Origin: Euryarchaeota archaeon UBA58 | GTDB lineage: Archaea; Thermoplasmatota; Poseidoniia; Poseidoniales; Thalassarchaeaceae | Length of the DNA: 64,000 nt | NCBI GenBank assembly: GCA_002498525.1 | Contig: DAHR01000013.1 | Coordinates: 43,748-107,747, forward strand | Direction: 5' to 3' | In this document: piece after piece, positions 62,728 through 64,000 of the stretch | Layout: each line of letters opens with the position of its first letter | How positions within the stretch are numbered: position 1 is the first letter of the stretch | Position numbers and translations under genes: made by a program | Notes under the pieces: generated by a model | Told to the model about the DNA's origin: nothing | Databases searched by the model: none | Seen by the model: only the letters and a program-made list of their open reading frames with translations

Positions 62728-63999
62728 ATGGTAGCGGGTCTTGACTTCGATGTCCTGCGGCAACGGGATACCTGGAAGGCCTTCGGAATCGGCGTCGTTC
62801 TGTTCTGCCTCATCGGCTATTCCTCGCTCTCCCTCTTCGGCCTCACCTCCTCCACCTACGGCACCACAGACGAGGTCGGCGAGGCGCCTGATTTCCTTGT
62901 GGCTTCGATGAATCGGAGTGGCATCGAGGACGCTTTCGCAGACGAGAATGGGATGATTCGGCTGTCGAGTCTGCGCGGAAGCGTCGTCGTCTTGGATTTC
63001 ATGGCGGTCGATTGCTCTAATTGCCACTTTGTTCAGGCGCACATCGACCAGAATCTGGCGGAGTGGGGGGCTCTGCAAGGTGAGTATCCGATTGTGGTAA
63101 TCTCGTTGGGGTCGTGGTACGGCTACGAATCGTTCGAGCGAATCAATTCGAGCTTCGGCGATTCGGCCTCAGACCGTCACATGCCCTGGCCGGTCGTCAA
63201 TGGTGGCACGGATGTCATTCTGCTGGAGAATGGGACTCGTGGAGATCTGGTCGAATACTACTCCGCGCAAGCCTTGCCGCTTGCGCTGGTCATCGACCAC
63301 GAAGGCTTCGTGGTCGCCAAAGAGAACACTGGTACGCCGCTCGATGGCTGGGACTCTTTCGATTCTGCAATAGAAGCGGCGAATGCTGGCGAGGCTGAGT
63401 CGCTTCGAATCGGCATCGCCAAGTCTGATAGATCGATTCAAGGCGTTTTCATCATCGGACTGTTTCTGGGCATTCTCGTCTATTTCTCTCCCTGCGCCTT
63501 CCCTGTTCTACCCTCGTACATCACCTACTACCTCAGCCTCGGGATGCGCGAGGACGAATTGCGGGAGTCTGGAAAGTTGAGTGGGCGACTGCCCGGTCCT
63601 TTCGAGGTCGGTGGCTTCGCAGCATTGGGGCAATTGACCTTCTTCGGCGTCGTCGGCATCATCATCTTCGGCTTGTCCGAAGTGATCAATCTAAGCGGTG
63701 TTCTGCACAAGGTCGCCATCGCCATCGCTTACCTGCTCGTCGTTCTAGGCGCTCTGATGCTGCTCGGCTGGACCAGCCATCTGCTCGCTTTCGTCCAGCG
63801 CTGGCTGGACACGTATCAGACTCATGAGACCGACGAGGTCTTCACGCCTCGTCGCAACATGTATCTCTGGGGTATTGGATATTCGGCGGCTTCGGTCGAT
63901 TGCACCGCCGCCGCCGTCTTCCCATTCGTCGCTTGGCTGACAGTCGTCGGACAAGGTGCATTCATCTCGGGTCTGGGCGGCCTCATCCTCTCGGTCACC
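62728..63999 (+). CDS. Thioredoxin-like (TlpA/ResA-type) domain fused to CcdA/DsbD-type thiol-disulfide transporter; 3'-truncated by the window end
   Basis: Not in the ORF track because no stop is reached; translated by hand from ATG 62728 (first ATG after an in-frame TGA at 62653). N-terminal TM, VVVLDFMAVDCSNCHF (CxxC), then LVYFSPCAFPVLPSYITYY (CcdA motif) and further TM helices to nt 64000. Confidence 0.75.
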   Translation, partial: MVAGLDFDVLRQRDTWKAFGIGVVLFCLIGYSSLSLFGLTSSTYGTTDEVGEAPDFLVASMNRSGIEDAFADENGMIRLSSLRGSVVVLDFMAVDCSNCHFVQAHIDQNLAEWGALQGEYPIVVISLGSWYGYESFERINSSFGDSASDRHMPWPVVNGGTDVILLENGTRGDLVEYYSAQALPLALVIDHEGFVVAKENTGTPLDGWDSFDSAIEAANAGEAESLRIGIAKSDRSIQGVFIIGLFLGILVYFSPCAFPVLPSYITYYLSLGMREDELRESGKLSGRLPGPFEVGGFAALGQLTFFGVVGIIIFGLSEVINLSGVLHKVAIAIAYLLVVLGALMLLGWTSHLLAFVQRWLDTYQTHETDEVFTPRRNMYLWGIGYSAASVDCTAAAVFPFVAWLTVVGQGAFISGLGGLILSVT

Positions 64000-64000
64000 A

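Overview
64-kb, gene-dense, GC-rich (by eye roughly 55-60%) archaeal chromosome segment. Archaeal markers present: DNA polymerase D small subunit, r-proteins L37e/L44e/S27e, aIF2-alpha, Nop10, PAC2, Nob1, archaeal-type TyrRS and four tRNAs. The gene mix (bacterial-like acyl-CoA/ETF catabolism, acs-deoC-aldh, very large secreted proteins) fits a heterotrophic marine euryarchaeon of the Marine Group II/III kind, but that placement is inference only. The left 20 kb is an accessory cell-surface neighbourhood. It is dominated by one 11.7-kb gene (3,897 aa: HExxH head, 14 RCC1-like blades, about 35 Cys-rich repeats, Asp-rich Ca-binding runs, C-terminal TM anchor) bracketed by two identical 40-nt hairpin repeats. 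Next come an AT-rich islet beside tRNA-Glu, a 989-aa PKD + DxDxDG-repeat lipoprotein, and a membrane-tethered double wHTH regulator. The other 44 kb is mostly core metabolism and translation, with several oddities: an orphan Cas4-like Fe-S nuclease fused to two OB-like domains beside tRNA-Ser; a GcvH-like protein lacking the lipoyl-lysine; a bacterial class-II CCA-adding enzyme divergent from a ParB/Srx-like gene; two GG-terminated ubiquitin-like proteins; and pdxT translationally coupled to a radical-SAM gene. No CRISPR array, rRNA, integrase or transposase was seen. Many long ORFs in the six-frame track are antisense or alternative-frame shadows typical of GC-rich DNA and were not called. 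All family calls come from motif recognition by eye, not from database searches.
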